64,000 nucleotides of DNA from Candidatus Helarchaeota archaeon (GTDB taxonomy: Archaea; Asgardarchaeota; Lokiarchaeia; Helarchaeales; RDOG01). Location: assembly GCA_019058315.1 (NCBI GenBank), contig JAHPZH010000001.1, positions 725,069 to 789,068 on the forward strand, given 5' to 3'. The notes under the pieces were generated by a model that was not told the origin of the DNA, searched no databases, and saw only the letters and a program-made list of their open reading frames with translations. Shown piece after piece: positions 20,096 to 30,088 of this stretch. Positions within the stretch are counted from its first letter, which is position 1, and the number at the start of each line of letters is the position of its first letter. Position numbers and translations under genes: made by a program.

Positions 20096-20215
20096 ACCTT
20101 TGACATTTTCATGTCAATCGACAAAAATTAACTGTCGATAAATTTGGGCTAATATATCGGTTATCTATTCCCATTTATAAAGATATTTTTGTCGGATAAT
20201 TTAAATATCAAAGGT
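20096..20215. promoter_or_regulatory. 120-bp imperfect inverted repeat with internal hairpins and a TATA-like box upstream of purL
   Basis: Arms acctttgacattt (20096-20108) / aaatatcaaaggt (20203-20215), 12/13 match; cgacaaaaat (20119-20128) / atttttgtcg (20185-20194); TTTATAAA at 20174-20181. Confidence 0.5.
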
Positions 20216-20286
20216 TAAATGATTCATTTATTAAATTAAAGCGCGTATAAATAAAAAAATAAACTAAAATTAAATCAAAAACCGAA

Positions 20287-20997
20287 TTAAGCTGATTTTT
20301 TCTTAATATATTCAAACATGGATTTGAAAATCAATATTCCATCATTAGTTCTAAATGGGCTAAGTATTTTTTCAGAGGCACGTTCTGGATGTGGCATGAG
20401 ACCAGCAACGTTCCCCTCTAAATTACAGACTCCCCCAATATTATCTATAGAACCATTTGGATTAGCTTCATCATTTATTTCCCCATTCTCATCAACATAT
20501 CTAAATACAATTTGATCATTATCATACATTTCTTTTAATGCTTTTTTTTCATTAAAATAGCGTCCTTCGGCGTGGGCTATAGGGATATGTAACAAATTAT
20601 CTTTGGTAATTTGATTAGTAAATGCAGTTCGATTCGTTTCACTTCTTATTATAACCCATTTACATACAAAAGTTAAACAAGAATTTTTAATAAGAGCTCC
20701 TGGTAATAGTCCAGATTCGACTAGAATTTGAAATCCATTACAAATTCCTAAAACGGGTTTTCCTTCTTTTACCATTTCTTTAACAATCTTCATGGCAGGA
20801 CTAAATGCTGCAATGATTCCTGCTCTTAAATGGTCTCCATAGCTAAATCCACCAGGTAAAATTACACCGTCAAAATCGTCTTGAGATACAAATTCCTTAT
20901 GCCAAATTAAGCTTGTATCTATTCCCATTTTCTTTAATATATAAATAGCGTCGAGATCGCAGTTGCTTCCGGGAAATTGAATTACTGGAATGTTCAT
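20287..20997 (-). CDS. purQ: FGAM synthase glutaminase subunit
   Basis: FPGSNCD, PGGFSYGD, GICNGFQ, IAHAEG, MPHPER. Confidence 0.97.
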   Translation of the reverse strand: MNIPVIQFPGSNCDLDAIYILKKMGIDTSLIWHKEFVSQDDFDGVILPGGFSYGDHLRAGIIAAFSPAMKIVKEMVKEGKPVLGICNGFQILVESGLLPGALIKNSCLTFVCKWVIIRSETNRTAFTNQITKDNLLHIPIAHAEGRYFNEKKALKEMYDNDQIVFRYVDENGEINDEANPNGSIDNIGGVCNLEGNVAGLMPHPERASEKILSPFRTNDGILIFKSMFEYIKKKSA

Positions 20998-21269
20998 TTT
21001 TCAATACCTTTTACTTCTATACGTATAGTATGAACAACAGGGTTATAAATCCTAAGATCATTACAAAATTTCAAAGTTAAATCTTCAGCAGCCTTTTCAT
21101 TTTCTGATTCAACTTTTACACGAATGAATTTTCCTGTTCTAACAGAAGTAACTTGAGGATATCCTCCCCTGTTTATAAGATCTCTTTGAATAGTGGCACC
21201 TTCGGGGTCCTTTGCGGCAGGTTTATTTTCAATTACAATTTCAATTAAATATGTTTCCAATTTATTCAC
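20994..21269 (-). CDS. purS: FGAM synthase subunit PurS
   Basis: DPEG, VRTGK, NPV; lies between purC and purQ with 4-nt overlaps. Confidence 0.9.
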   Translation of the reverse strand: MNKLETYLIEIVIENKPAAKDPEGATIQRDLINRGGYPQVTSVRTGKFIRVKVESENEKAAEDLTLKFCNDLRIYNPVVHTIRIEVKGIEK

Positions 21270-22012
21270 CCTAATTTTGGATCTTTTTTTAATAACATCT
21301 TATATAATTCTATATAGGTATCTTTTACTTTGTTCAAAGGAGCTCCTTTTCTGTAGACATCCTTATCATATATTTTTCCTTCTATTTTTTCATCCCATAA
21401 TCTACAGCTGTCTCCATTTATTTCATCACCAACAACAAGGTTATTATTTTTATCTCGTCCAAATTCTATTTTTAAATCTGCAAGTACAATTCCATAAGAA
21501 GTAAGATATTCAGCTAATGCATCTGAGACCTTAACCGTAATTTCTTTAATTTCCCTAGCTTCGTCCACAGTTCCAAGATTTAAGATACGAATATGATCCT
21601 CATTTATCATCGGGTCATGATGTTCATCATCTTTATAATATAATTCCACTAACCCCGGTTTAAAATTTGTGCCTGCCTTAATAGGAAGTCGCTTTAATAG
21701 ATGACCTGCGGCTATACGTCTACAAACTACTTCAACTGGTAACATAACAAGGCTTTTAACTTTCATGAAACGAGGGGGTGTAAATTCTATGAAATGAGTA
21801 GGAATCCCTTTTTTATTTAAAATTCTGAAGAATTCTGCTGAGATTGCAGCATTCAGATATCCTTTATCTTTTATTATATCATGTTTTAAGCCATCGCCAG
21901 CTGTGATATCATCTTTAAATTCAAGAATAACTTCATTTGGGTTGTCTGATTCATAAACTATTTTAGTTTTTCCTTCACTAATCTTTTTTCCTAGCTTCAT
22001 TTTTATTACCAA
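21266..22012 (-). CDS. purC: SAICAR synthase
   Basis: EGKTK, FKDDITAGDG, PVEVVCR, DLKIEFG, DEINGDSCRLW, DKDVYR. Confidence 0.97.
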   Translation of the reverse strand: MVIKMKLGKKISEGKTKIVYESDNPNEVILEFKDDITAGDGLKHDIIKDKGYLNAAISAEFFRILNKKGIPTHFIEFTPPRFMKVKSLVMLPVEVVCRRIAAGHLLKRLPIKAGTNFKPGLVELYYKDDEHHDPMINEDHIRILNLGTVDEAREIKEITVKVSDALAEYLTSYGIVLADLKIEFGRDKNNNLVVGDEINGDSCRLWDEKIEGKIYDKDVYRKGAPLNKVKDTYIELYKMLLKKDPKLG

Positions 22013-22480
22013 TTAGAAAACAATATTTTTATTTTAATATCGATTTTTCTGAACAAATTTCTATTGTTGTAATTATTTGTATTTTGGTTTAAAAGTATAA
22101 ATATGCTTGATTTTTATCGGAATTAAAAATATTATTAAAAAAATAAAACATTTTCAAAATATATAATTAATAATCAATTAAATTAACAATTCTTTGTATT
22201 TAAAACGTTATAATAAAATCAAATATAAAATAACATTTTTAGGCTTATAAATACTAGAAATCATAACTTATAGAATTTTTTTATCTCCTTTTCTTACCTC
22301 TAAAGTCAAAAATTATTAGAAACTTATAATACCAACTAGGAGACTCCGACAAAATAGAGAAAAAATATAATATATTTAAATAAATCTTTATAAATAAAGA
22401 ATATTAAATCTAAAATATACTTAAAAAACTCAAATCCATATCTAAAAAAAAATTAAATTTAAGAAGAGAGTGAAAAATTA

Positions 22481-22744
22481 ATGGATGACAGATTAGAAAT
22501 TTTAGCTAAAATCCTGATTGGAGGACTTATTACAGGAATTGGAATCGTACTACTTGGAGGAATTTGGTTTTTCTTAGATGTAATTCAACCAACAGGTAAA
22601 GCAGGTGCATTTTTAGCAGGAAGTACGGGTATGCAAATATTGGTAATTGCTGCAGCCCTATTAGCAATATTCTTCTTGATAATCATATTTTCTACAATTT
22701 GGAAAAAAGGATACGATTATATTCTTGACAAATTGGAGAGTTAA
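22481..22744 (+). CDS. Small two-TM membrane protein
   Basis: Two hydrophobic helices; C-terminal KKGYDYIL. Confidence 0.75.
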   Translation: MDDRLEILAKILIGGLITGIGIVLLGGIWFFLDVIQPTGKAGAFLAGSTGMQILVIAAALLAIFFLIIIFSTIWKKGYDYILDKLES

Positions 22745-22753
22745 AAGTATAAG

Positions 22754-23068
22754 GTGGATAAAATGAGTCCTAACGCAATGAAAGCGTTTGCCACATTCTT
22801 ATCTTGGGCGATCATGATTACATTAATCGCTATTGTAGTTGGTGGAATTGTTCTTATCTTTGAGTCAGCAGTCACAGTTCAGGTTGGTTTCGTAACTACT
22901 GGATTTGCTGAATGGTTTTCAGGTATGTTTTCTCTATCGATTGGTCTAGGTTTACTTGTGATTGGTATGCTAATCACAATGTGTTTCTTATTAGCTACAA
23001 CTATTGCTATTTTAATTAAAAATGGACAGCAATTTATATTGAATATAATTACTACTATGGAAGAATAA
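22754..23068 (+). CDS. Small two-TM membrane protein, probable paralog of the upstream gene
   Basis: Two hydrophobic helices; C-terminal KNGQQFIL; 9-nt gap. Confidence 0.75.
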   Translation: MDKMSPNAMKAFATFLSWAIMITLIAIVVGGIVLIFESAVTVQVGFVTTGFAEWFSGMFSLSIGLGLLVIGMLITMCFLLATTIAILIKNGQQFILNIITTMEE

Positions 23069-23126
23069 ATTCCAAAATTATCTCTTTTTAACTCCAACAA
23101 TTAGGATAAAAATTGTATCAAAATAT

Positions 23127-23669
23127 TCAATATTTTAATTTGTTTTGAATTTCATTTAATTTTTCTTGTATTTTAAGAATTAATTCTTTATGTTCTGAGT
23201 TTAAATTTCTTTTAAGATTATTTATAATATATTTTGTTTGTTCAAAATATTTTTTTACAAAATCATCAGGTTCATTTGGATGACCTGATATATTATCTAG
23301 TCGATCACAGAGTTTTATCAATAACGCCTCATCACTCATATTTTTCATTTTATTTAACAAATAATCGGCTTTGCCTAATTTAGAATATTCATCCTTATTG
23401 GATGTCAATTCTCCCACTAAATCTGCAACCTCTTTACCAAATTCATTTAATATCTCTTCAAAAGTGGTTTCGGTATCCTCAATTGTATCGTGTAAATATG
23501 CAGCCATTATCAGTACTTCATCTTGGGTATATTTTGCCACCATTGATGCAACATTGGAAGGATGTATAAAATAAGGATTACCACCAAACTTGCGTTTCTG
23601 TCCTCTGTGTTTTTCTTCGGCAAATTTTTTAGCTTTATTTATTCTTTTATAATCCATCATAACCAACAA
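23127..23669 (-). CDS. Stand-alone SpoT/Mesh1-type HD hydrolase
   Basis: FAEEKHRGQKRK..PYFIHP, AAYLHDTIEDT, IKLCDRLDN. Confidence 0.88.
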   Translation of the reverse strand: MLVMMDYKRINKAKKFAEEKHRGQKRKFGGNPYFIHPSNVASMVAKYTQDEVLIMAAYLHDTIEDTETTFEEILNEFGKEVADLVGELTSNKDEYSKLGKADYLLNKMKNMSDEALLIKLCDRLDNISGHPNEPDDFVKKYFEQTKYIINNLKRNLNSEHKELILKIQEKLNEIQNKLKY

Positions 23670-23879
23670 GATTAATTATTAGAGATTTGAAAGGGGATGT
23701 AAATTAGAACAATAGCATGCTATATGATTATATTTTTAAATCTTATAGGTTTAACTTGGATATTAATAAAAAGAATTTGGATAAAAAGATATACCGAAAT
23801 TCATTAGTATTTAAAAATATGATTAAAAATTCAAAAATAGATTGTTAGAGATGATATTCTTTAAGGAGGAATATCATAG

Positions 23880-24635
23880 GTGAAAAAACTATCAATTTGT
23901 ATCCCAACTTATAATGAGAAGGAAAATATTGAAATTCTAATAAAAAAAATTCAAGAATCCCTTGAAAATGTAAAAATAGAGTATGAAATAATAATTATTG
24001 ATGATAACAGTCCTGATGGAACAGGGAAAATTATAGATAAATTAGCAGAAAAGTTTAATAATATTAAACCCATTCACCGTGAAAAGAAAGAGGGGTTAGC
24101 GATGGCATATATTGCGGGTTTTAGACACGCAACTGGGGATATGGTTATTACAATGGACGCAGACCTCTCCCACGACCCAAAATCTATCCCTGACTTCATT
24201 AAAGCCTCGGAATATTATGATATAGTTATAGGATCCAGATTTGTTCCCGGTGGAGGTAATTTTAATAGAAGTCGCTTTAGAGTTATGGTTAGTAAATTAA
24301 CAAATCTCCTTGCAACACTCTTTCTAAAAGTAAAATCCAGTGATAGCACAAGTGGATATCGTCTATATCATAGGAGAGTCCTCGAAAATATCCTGCATTA
24401 TATCAGCTCCCAAAAATTTTCTTTCCAAGTTGAAATACTCGAAAAATCAAAATATTTCGAATTTAAAATTGGTCAAGTTCCAATCCAATTTTATGATAGA
24501 AAGTTTGGTCATAGTAAATTTAACGCGAGAGAGGTTGGGGAATTCTTAGCTATTATTTTTGAAAAGTTACCGATTTTGAACCATTTACGCGAATTAAGGA
24601 GATTAGTTGAATTTTTTAAGAGAATTTTTATTTAA
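23880..24635 (+). CDS. Polyprenol/dolichol-phosphate glycosyltransferase (GT2, Dpm1-like)
   Basis: IPTYNEKENI, DDNSPDGT, MDADLSHDP, GSRF, DSTSGYR. Confidence 0.92.
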   Translation: MKKLSICIPTYNEKENIEILIKKIQESLENVKIEYEIIIIDDNSPDGTGKIIDKLAEKFNNIKPIHREKKEGLAMAYIAGFRHATGDMVITMDADLSHDPKSIPDFIKASEYYDIVIGSRFVPGGGNFNRSRFRVMVSKLTNLLATLFLKVKSSDSTSGYRLYHRRVLENILHYISSQKFSFQVEILEKSKYFEFKIGQVPIQFYDRKFGHSKFNAREVGEFLAIIFEKLPILNHLRELRRLVEFFKRIFI

Positions 24636-24708
24636 TACTAAATTCTCTTAAGTTTTAAAACTAATTTCAGATTAAATTTAAATATTATATTATTATTAAT
24701 GAATACAA

Positions 24709-25614
24709 ATGGAAAATAGACTGATTGATATCGGAATAACTGCTTATAATGAAGAAGAAAATATTGAAAATATTTTAGATTCTATTATGGCACAAAAATT
24801 TGACGAGAAAGTTAAAATTAATTCCATACTAGTTGTTGCAAGTGGATGTACCGATCAAACTGAAGCGTTAGTCCTAAAGAAAGCAAAAAAATATTCCCAA
24901 ATCAAATTAATATCTGAAAAAATTCGAAGAGGCAAAGCTTCTGCAATAAATCTCATTTTTAAGAATTCACAAGCTGATATTATTGTTTTTATAGGGGCGG
25001 ATGAAATTGTACCCAAAAATTCTATAAATGAATTAATCAGACCTTTCGAAAATAATCAAGTAGGAGCTGTTAGCGGCCATCCAATCGCTCTTAACGACGA
25101 AAAACAATTTGTAGGATATGCATCATGTGTTGTTTGGCGACTACATGATATCTATTCTAAGAATTATCAAACAAAATTAAGCGGGGAATTATTTGCAATA
25201 CGTTCAAATATAATAAAACAAATTCCATTGGTGAATTGCGATGATGCAATAATAGAAGTAATGGTTGCCAAGAAAGGACATAAAATTGCTTATGCCAGAA
25301 ATGCTAAAGTCTATATAATGGGACCTCAAACTGTCAATGATTTTATTAATCAAAGAAAACGGGTTTTACTTGGACATATGCAGATTAAAAAATTGATTGG
25401 ACATACAATGCAGACTATGAGTTTTATAATAAATTTAAAATTAATTTTTATGTATATGAAAGAAAGAGGAATTTTAAAACACTTACCTCGAGTTATTTTT
25501 TCATTAATTCTAGAAGCTCTTGCACAAATTTTTGCCTTTTTTAGTAGTTTTAGGGGTAAATATGAAACTGTTTGGAAACGAATAAGCAGTGCAAAATTTC
25601 TAAAAAAAATCTGA
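24709..25614 (+). CDS. Glycosyltransferase family 2
   Basis: ITAYNEEENI, RRGKASA, CDD, QRKR. Confidence 0.85.
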   Translation: MENRLIDIGITAYNEEENIENILDSIMAQKFDEKVKINSILVVASGCTDQTEALVLKKAKKYSQIKLISEKIRRGKASAINLIFKNSQADIIVFIGADEIVPKNSINELIRPFENNQVGAVSGHPIALNDEKQFVGYASCVVWRLHDIYSKNYQTKLSGELFAIRSNIIKQIPLVNCDDAIIEVMVAKKGHKIAYARNAKVYIMGPQTVNDFINQRKRVLLGHMQIKKLIGHTMQTMSFIINLKLIFMYMKERGILKHLPRVIFSLILEALAQIFAFFSSFRGKYETVWKRISSAKFLKKI

Positions 25615-25627
25615 AAATCATAAATGA

Positions 25628-27409
25628 TTATTTTAATATAGCTGATTGGAAAGCATAATTGACGAAATAGCTGTTTATTATATCTATATTAGGAATTATG
25701 GGTGTTAAAATTAAAATTTGAACTGTTAATAATATCATATTTGAAATTGAAATCAGAAAAATGATAAACAATATCCATTTATATTGTTTTGTTTCCTCAT
25801 AAAGTTCAAACATATTAAATTTTAGAAATTGTGACAGTTTATTATTGACTTTTTCAAATATTTCAGATTTTTCCTCCTTAAATGAATCCTTATATTCTAA
25901 AATTTTCCAAAATAAAATAATATTTGCAATAAGAATACCTATTAATAAAATAAAAATTATTTCGACATATACTACACCACGAAACCAAAATATGGAAACT
26001 ACAAAACTGTTAAGGAATATTAACATAATTAAAAATCTCCCTTCTTTTATTTTAAAAGCATATAGTAACAAAAGTGGAGACAACCATAAATAATACCATG
26101 GATAATTAACCCAGTATATAGAAAGGAAAATATAAAATGAATAAAAAATTGGGGTAATCGAATCTTCTCTATTAAAATCGTCAGATTTAATAAGCTGATA
26201 ATAAAAAATACCTATGAAAAGAATCAACATTATTAAATTAAACATTATTTGTGTTCCATAAAACAATTCAAACTTTAGGAAAATTTTACTAAAAAATAAT
26301 ATTATAGGAGATAAACAGAGAAGGAAAAACAGAGGTTTTTTTATCTCATCTTTAAAAGCAATAAACAATAAAATTCCTAGCAATAACCATGATATTTCCA
26401 AATAATCTGCAAAAACAGAAATATCTTGAACAAAAAAAATCAATGAAGGAACAGCATCAGGAACATAAGATAAGAAAGAAATTATTAGGCCAGCAATACC
26501 CTTTATATTACTAGAATTATTAAGTGTACTTAGTAAACCAAGTACAGGAAGACGTCTGCTATGACCCCGTATTATTACTAGTATATCTATAATCATTCCA
26601 GGATTGTATAAAAGTATACCACCAAGTGCAATTAATACAGGGAAGTAAATAACAATTAGTCTTTTGAAGAAATGAGATATAGAATCACTTTTTTTGTAAT
26701 AATAAATGAGAAAAATTGGTAAGACTAACATCGAATAAAATTTATAAAGAATTCCAATAAAAACAAAAATACCTGCCAACATATCTTTATGTTTTAAAAA
26801 CAGATATATTGAAATTAATATTAATAATATCATTCCTGTATCATTATGTCCATTCCATGCAAATTCTATTATAGAAACAGGGACCAGAGCATATAATAAG
26901 CAAATTTTGTGATTATCTTTTATTTTTAAATGGTTTGTAACTAAATAAATCATTATAATATTAAGGGCATCTAAAAAAACAAAAGAGAATTTGATAGCAT
27001 AATAATCACCACCTGTTAAAAGAGCAATAGTAAAAAGAAATGCGTAATACACTGGACCATAAGCGCTACCATGGTGATAGAATTTAATCTGACCATTTAA
27101 AAACTGTTTTGCGGTCCTATAATATATGTCATAATCGGGTGTCAACATTGTGCTTTTGAAAACAAAGGGAATACGTAACCAAAAGAATATAAGACATATA
27201 AAAAAGATACTAGTAAAATGTTTATTTCGTACTTCATTTTTCATGAGATAATTAACAAAATAAAAGAATCCTATAATGGACAATACGTTTCCTAGTATGT
27301 AATAAAAATAATATTCTCCCCAAAACAGAAGGATTAAAAGTCCAATTGAGTATATAATTGAAAATACAATAATTAATTTTAATTGAGAATTATTTGAACT
27401 CATTGTCAA
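25628..27409 (-). CDS. Multi-TM GT-C fold glycosyltransferase (GT87/DUF2029-like)
   Basis: >10 TM helices; DYDIY, YGP, NGHND, KFY, PWYYLW. Confidence 0.75.
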   Translation of the reverse strand: MTMSSNNSQLKLIIVFSIIYSIGLLILLFWGEYYFYYILGNVLSIIGFFYFVNYLMKNEVRNKHFTSIFFICLIFFWLRIPFVFKSTMLTPDYDIYYRTAKQFLNGQIKFYHHGSAYGPVYYAFLFTIALLTGGDYYAIKFSFVFLDALNIIMIYLVTNHLKIKDNHKICLLYALVPVSIIEFAWNGHNDTGMILLILISIYLFLKHKDMLAGIFVFIGILYKFYSMLVLPIFLIYYYKKSDSISHFFKRLIVIYFPVLIALGGILLYNPGMIIDILVIIRGHSRRLPVLGLLSTLNNSSNIKGIAGLIISFLSYVPDAVPSLIFFVQDISVFADYLEISWLLLGILLFIAFKDEIKKPLFFLLCLSPIILFFSKIFLKFELFYGTQIMFNLIMLILFIGIFYYQLIKSDDFNREDSITPIFYSFYIFLSIYWVNYPWYYLWLSPLLLLYAFKIKEGRFLIMLIFLNSFVVSIFWFRGVVYVEIIFILLIGILIANIILFWKILEYKDSFKEEKSEIFEKVNNKLSQFLKFNMFELYEETKQYKWILFIIFLISISNMILLTVQILILTPIIPNIDIINSYFVNYAFQSAILK

Positions 27410-27534
27410 GAAATTTGTATTTTTTCAATTTAAAACTTACTCAAAATTTTTAGAATAAATAATTTTCGAAAATTCACTATAATTGAGAATAGAAAACAAA
27501 AGATTTTATATTTTTTTTTCTAAATTGTATTCAA

Positions 27535-28530
27535 ATGCAATTAAGAGCTTTAAAAGATTTTATTGTTATTCATAAAATTCTTCTTCTTATAGCTTTATTT
27601 CTAATAAACTTGCCAATAATTGGGCATATTTACGATTATTTTTATTTTAAAAGGGTAATTTCTAGGGTTAATGCTAATAATCTACGTGTCATAATTGAAC
27701 CAAATAACATCTGTAATTTGCGTTGTGTGGTCTGTCCTTACCAGAAAATGAAAAGAAAAAGAGAAACAATGCCTTTAGAATTATTTGAAAAAATTGTTGA
27801 TCAATCAGTGGAATTAGGATGTAAAGTAATACAGCTCCAGCAATATAACGAACCATTTACCGACAAAGATATTTTTAAAAGAATATCTTATATTCGAGGG
27901 AAAAATATTGAGGTTTATTTTTACTCAAATGGAACCCTTTTAGATAGAAATATTCGTGAAAAAATTTTGATAAATCCCCCAAATTTGATACGTTTTAGTA
28001 TTGATGGGATTGAAAAAGAATCATATGAAAAAATTAGAGTAGGTGCGAATTTCAAAAGAGTTGTTAGTAATGTTATTAAACTTTTTAAGGAAAGAAATGA
28101 ACTTGGTTTGAAAGAACCTAGGATCGAAGTATGTAGCTTATTATTAGATAATAACAAAAATCAATCTAAACAATATTTAAATTTTTGGAAAGATAAGTGT
28201 GATAATGCTGCGGTGTATCCGGCAGATTCACGCATGGATGAAGATTATTCATATATTAAATATAATAAATTGAAACCTTACCCATGTTTCAATCCTCATA
28301 ACATTGTTGTTTTAAGCAATGGAAAAGTATGCTTATGTTGTGTTGATTATGATGGTGAAGTTATTCTTGGTGATTTAAATAAGCAAAATTTAAAAGATAT
28401 TATAAATTCAAAGAAAGTTAAAAACATTTATAACTCCCATTTAAAACAAAAATGTAATCTTCCTATATGTAAAAGATGTTCGAGATTATACGTTGATAGC
28501 GCTTTCTATTGGTGGGATAATATCTTTTAA
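27535..28530 (+). CDS. Radical SAM / SPASM-Twitch protein
   Basis: CNLRCVVC; C-terminal PC...GKVCLCC...CKRC. Confidence 0.9.
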   Translation: MQLRALKDFIVIHKILLLIALFLINLPIIGHIYDYFYFKRVISRVNANNLRVIIEPNNICNLRCVVCPYQKMKRKRETMPLELFEKIVDQSVELGCKVIQLQQYNEPFTDKDIFKRISYIRGKNIEVYFYSNGTLLDRNIREKILINPPNLIRFSIDGIEKESYEKIRVGANFKRVVSNVIKLFKERNELGLKEPRIEVCSLLLDNNKNQSKQYLNFWKDKCDNAAVYPADSRMDEDYSYIKYNKLKPYPCFNPHNIVVLSNGKVCLCCVDYDGEVILGDLNKQNLKDIINSKKVKNIYNSHLKQKCNLPICKRCSRLYVDSAFYWWDNIF

Positions 28531-28537
28531 ACAATTT

Positions 28538-29713
28538 TTATAATAATTTTTTATATAATTCTAAGTGATCTTTTATAGAAATTTCAGAATCAAACCTTTT
28601 ATTTATGAATCCCTTACCCTCCTCTCCTAAAGAATCCCTCAACGCTTGATCCTTGATAAGTTCCATAATTGCATTTGCTAATTCTCCAGAATTATTTGGA
28701 GAAACTAATAGTCCTGTTTTTCTATTCTCAATTACTTCTGTCATACCACCAACTTTAGTACTAATAACAGGAGTTCCAATTGACATTGCTTCAAAAGAAA
28801 CTCTAGAAAGTGGTTCTGGCCATATAGAAGGAATACATACAACATCTGCTAGCTGATAGAGTCTTATCATCTTATTAAATGGAATTTTTCCCAGAAATTT
28901 TATATATTTATTTAATTTTAATTCAGAGCACAAATTTTTTAAAATATTTTCGTAAGGACCTTCTCCTGCAATTAATAATCTTATGTTTTTTATGCTACTC
29001 AAAATTGTTTTCATAGCTTGAATTAAGATATGAATTCCTTTTGCTTTTTCTAGTCTTCCTGAGTAAACTAAAGTGTATAATTTATTTTGCCCAAGCTGCT
29101 TAGATTTTTTTTCTATTAAGTCTAATTTGTTCCATTTTGGTGGGAAATTATATATAGTAACCATTTTATTTTTTGGTATTCCAAGCTTTGAAAGTCTTTT
29201 TTTAATGTAATCACTAACAGTTATTACTCGATCACACTTCTCTTTTAAAATTTTAATTAAAATTCTATTTCTGCTTTTAAGAATTTGACTTATAAAGAAT
29301 TTAAATAAGAAATTATATGGATGGAGAAGAACTTTAGGTAAAGGTTCTCTTATTGTCACTATTATGGGAATTTTCAATTTTTTTGCGACTTCTACACTTC
29401 CTGGTAATGCATAGATATTCTGTACATGAATAATATCTGGAAAAAAATTATATCTCTTAAAAGCGCTTTCTATAGTTCTTTTAAATAGCTTATCTAATAG
29501 AAAATTTCCAAGTAGTATTATTTCTTTGGGTATTGGGATTTTAAAATCTATCGGAATAAAGTTTTTATTATGATTAGTCTGTTGGGTAGTTAAAATTTTA
29601 ACCATTACCCCTTTATTTTCGAGACCTTTCCGTAATAAATTAGCTCCTATTTCTCCACCACCAAGTCTGCTCCAAAACGCTGAAATCAAGGCTAGTTTAA
29701 AACTTTTCGTCAT
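28538..29713 (-). CDS. Glycosyltransferase family 4
   Basis: GGGE, GRLEKAKG, PSIWPEPLSRVSFEAM. Confidence 0.92.
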   Translation of the reverse strand: MTKSFKLALISAFWSRLGGGEIGANLLRKGLENKGVMVKILTTQQTNHNKNFIPIDFKIPIPKEIILLGNFLLDKLFKRTIESAFKRYNFFPDIIHVQNIYALPGSVEVAKKLKIPIIVTIREPLPKVLLHPYNFLFKFFISQILKSRNRILIKILKEKCDRVITVSDYIKKRLSKLGIPKNKMVTIYNFPPKWNKLDLIEKKSKQLGQNKLYTLVYSGRLEKAKGIHILIQAMKTILSSIKNIRLLIAGEGPYENILKNLCSELKLNKYIKFLGKIPFNKMIRLYQLADVVCIPSIWPEPLSRVSFEAMSIGTPVISTKVGGMTEVIENRKTGLLVSPNNSGELANAIMELIKDQALRDSLGEEGKGFINKRFDSEISIKDHLELYKKLL

Positions 29714-30088
29714 CTACTTTCTCCAATCTCGCTAATTTTTCTCCAATTAAATTAAATATCTTCCAAGTCTAGAGTAAAATAGAAATATTTAACTATTTTC
29801 TAATTATAATATTTTTCTTTAATGAGAAATTCTTTCATTTAATAGATAAGTTTATGACTAAAAAAATTTCTATGGAATTTAATAGAAAATGGAACTTATT
29901 AATACAGCTAAATAAAATCAAATTCTGATTTTTCAAGATCTAATAAAAAACCGAGATTTTTTTATTTCCATAGTCCAAAATACCTAATTGAAATGTATTA
30001 AAAATAAAATTTAAATAATAAAAACTGAAAAATTATTCATTATAATTAGTTTAAAAAATTCAATTTTTCCAATCAATAATTTTAGGGC

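Noticed and set aside
27535-28530. Radical SAM protein as a sulfatase maturase or RiPP maturase
   Set aside because: It is about 21 kb from the sulfatase, has a short C-terminal Cys domain, and has no adjacent precursor peptide; the glycan-locus context fits better.
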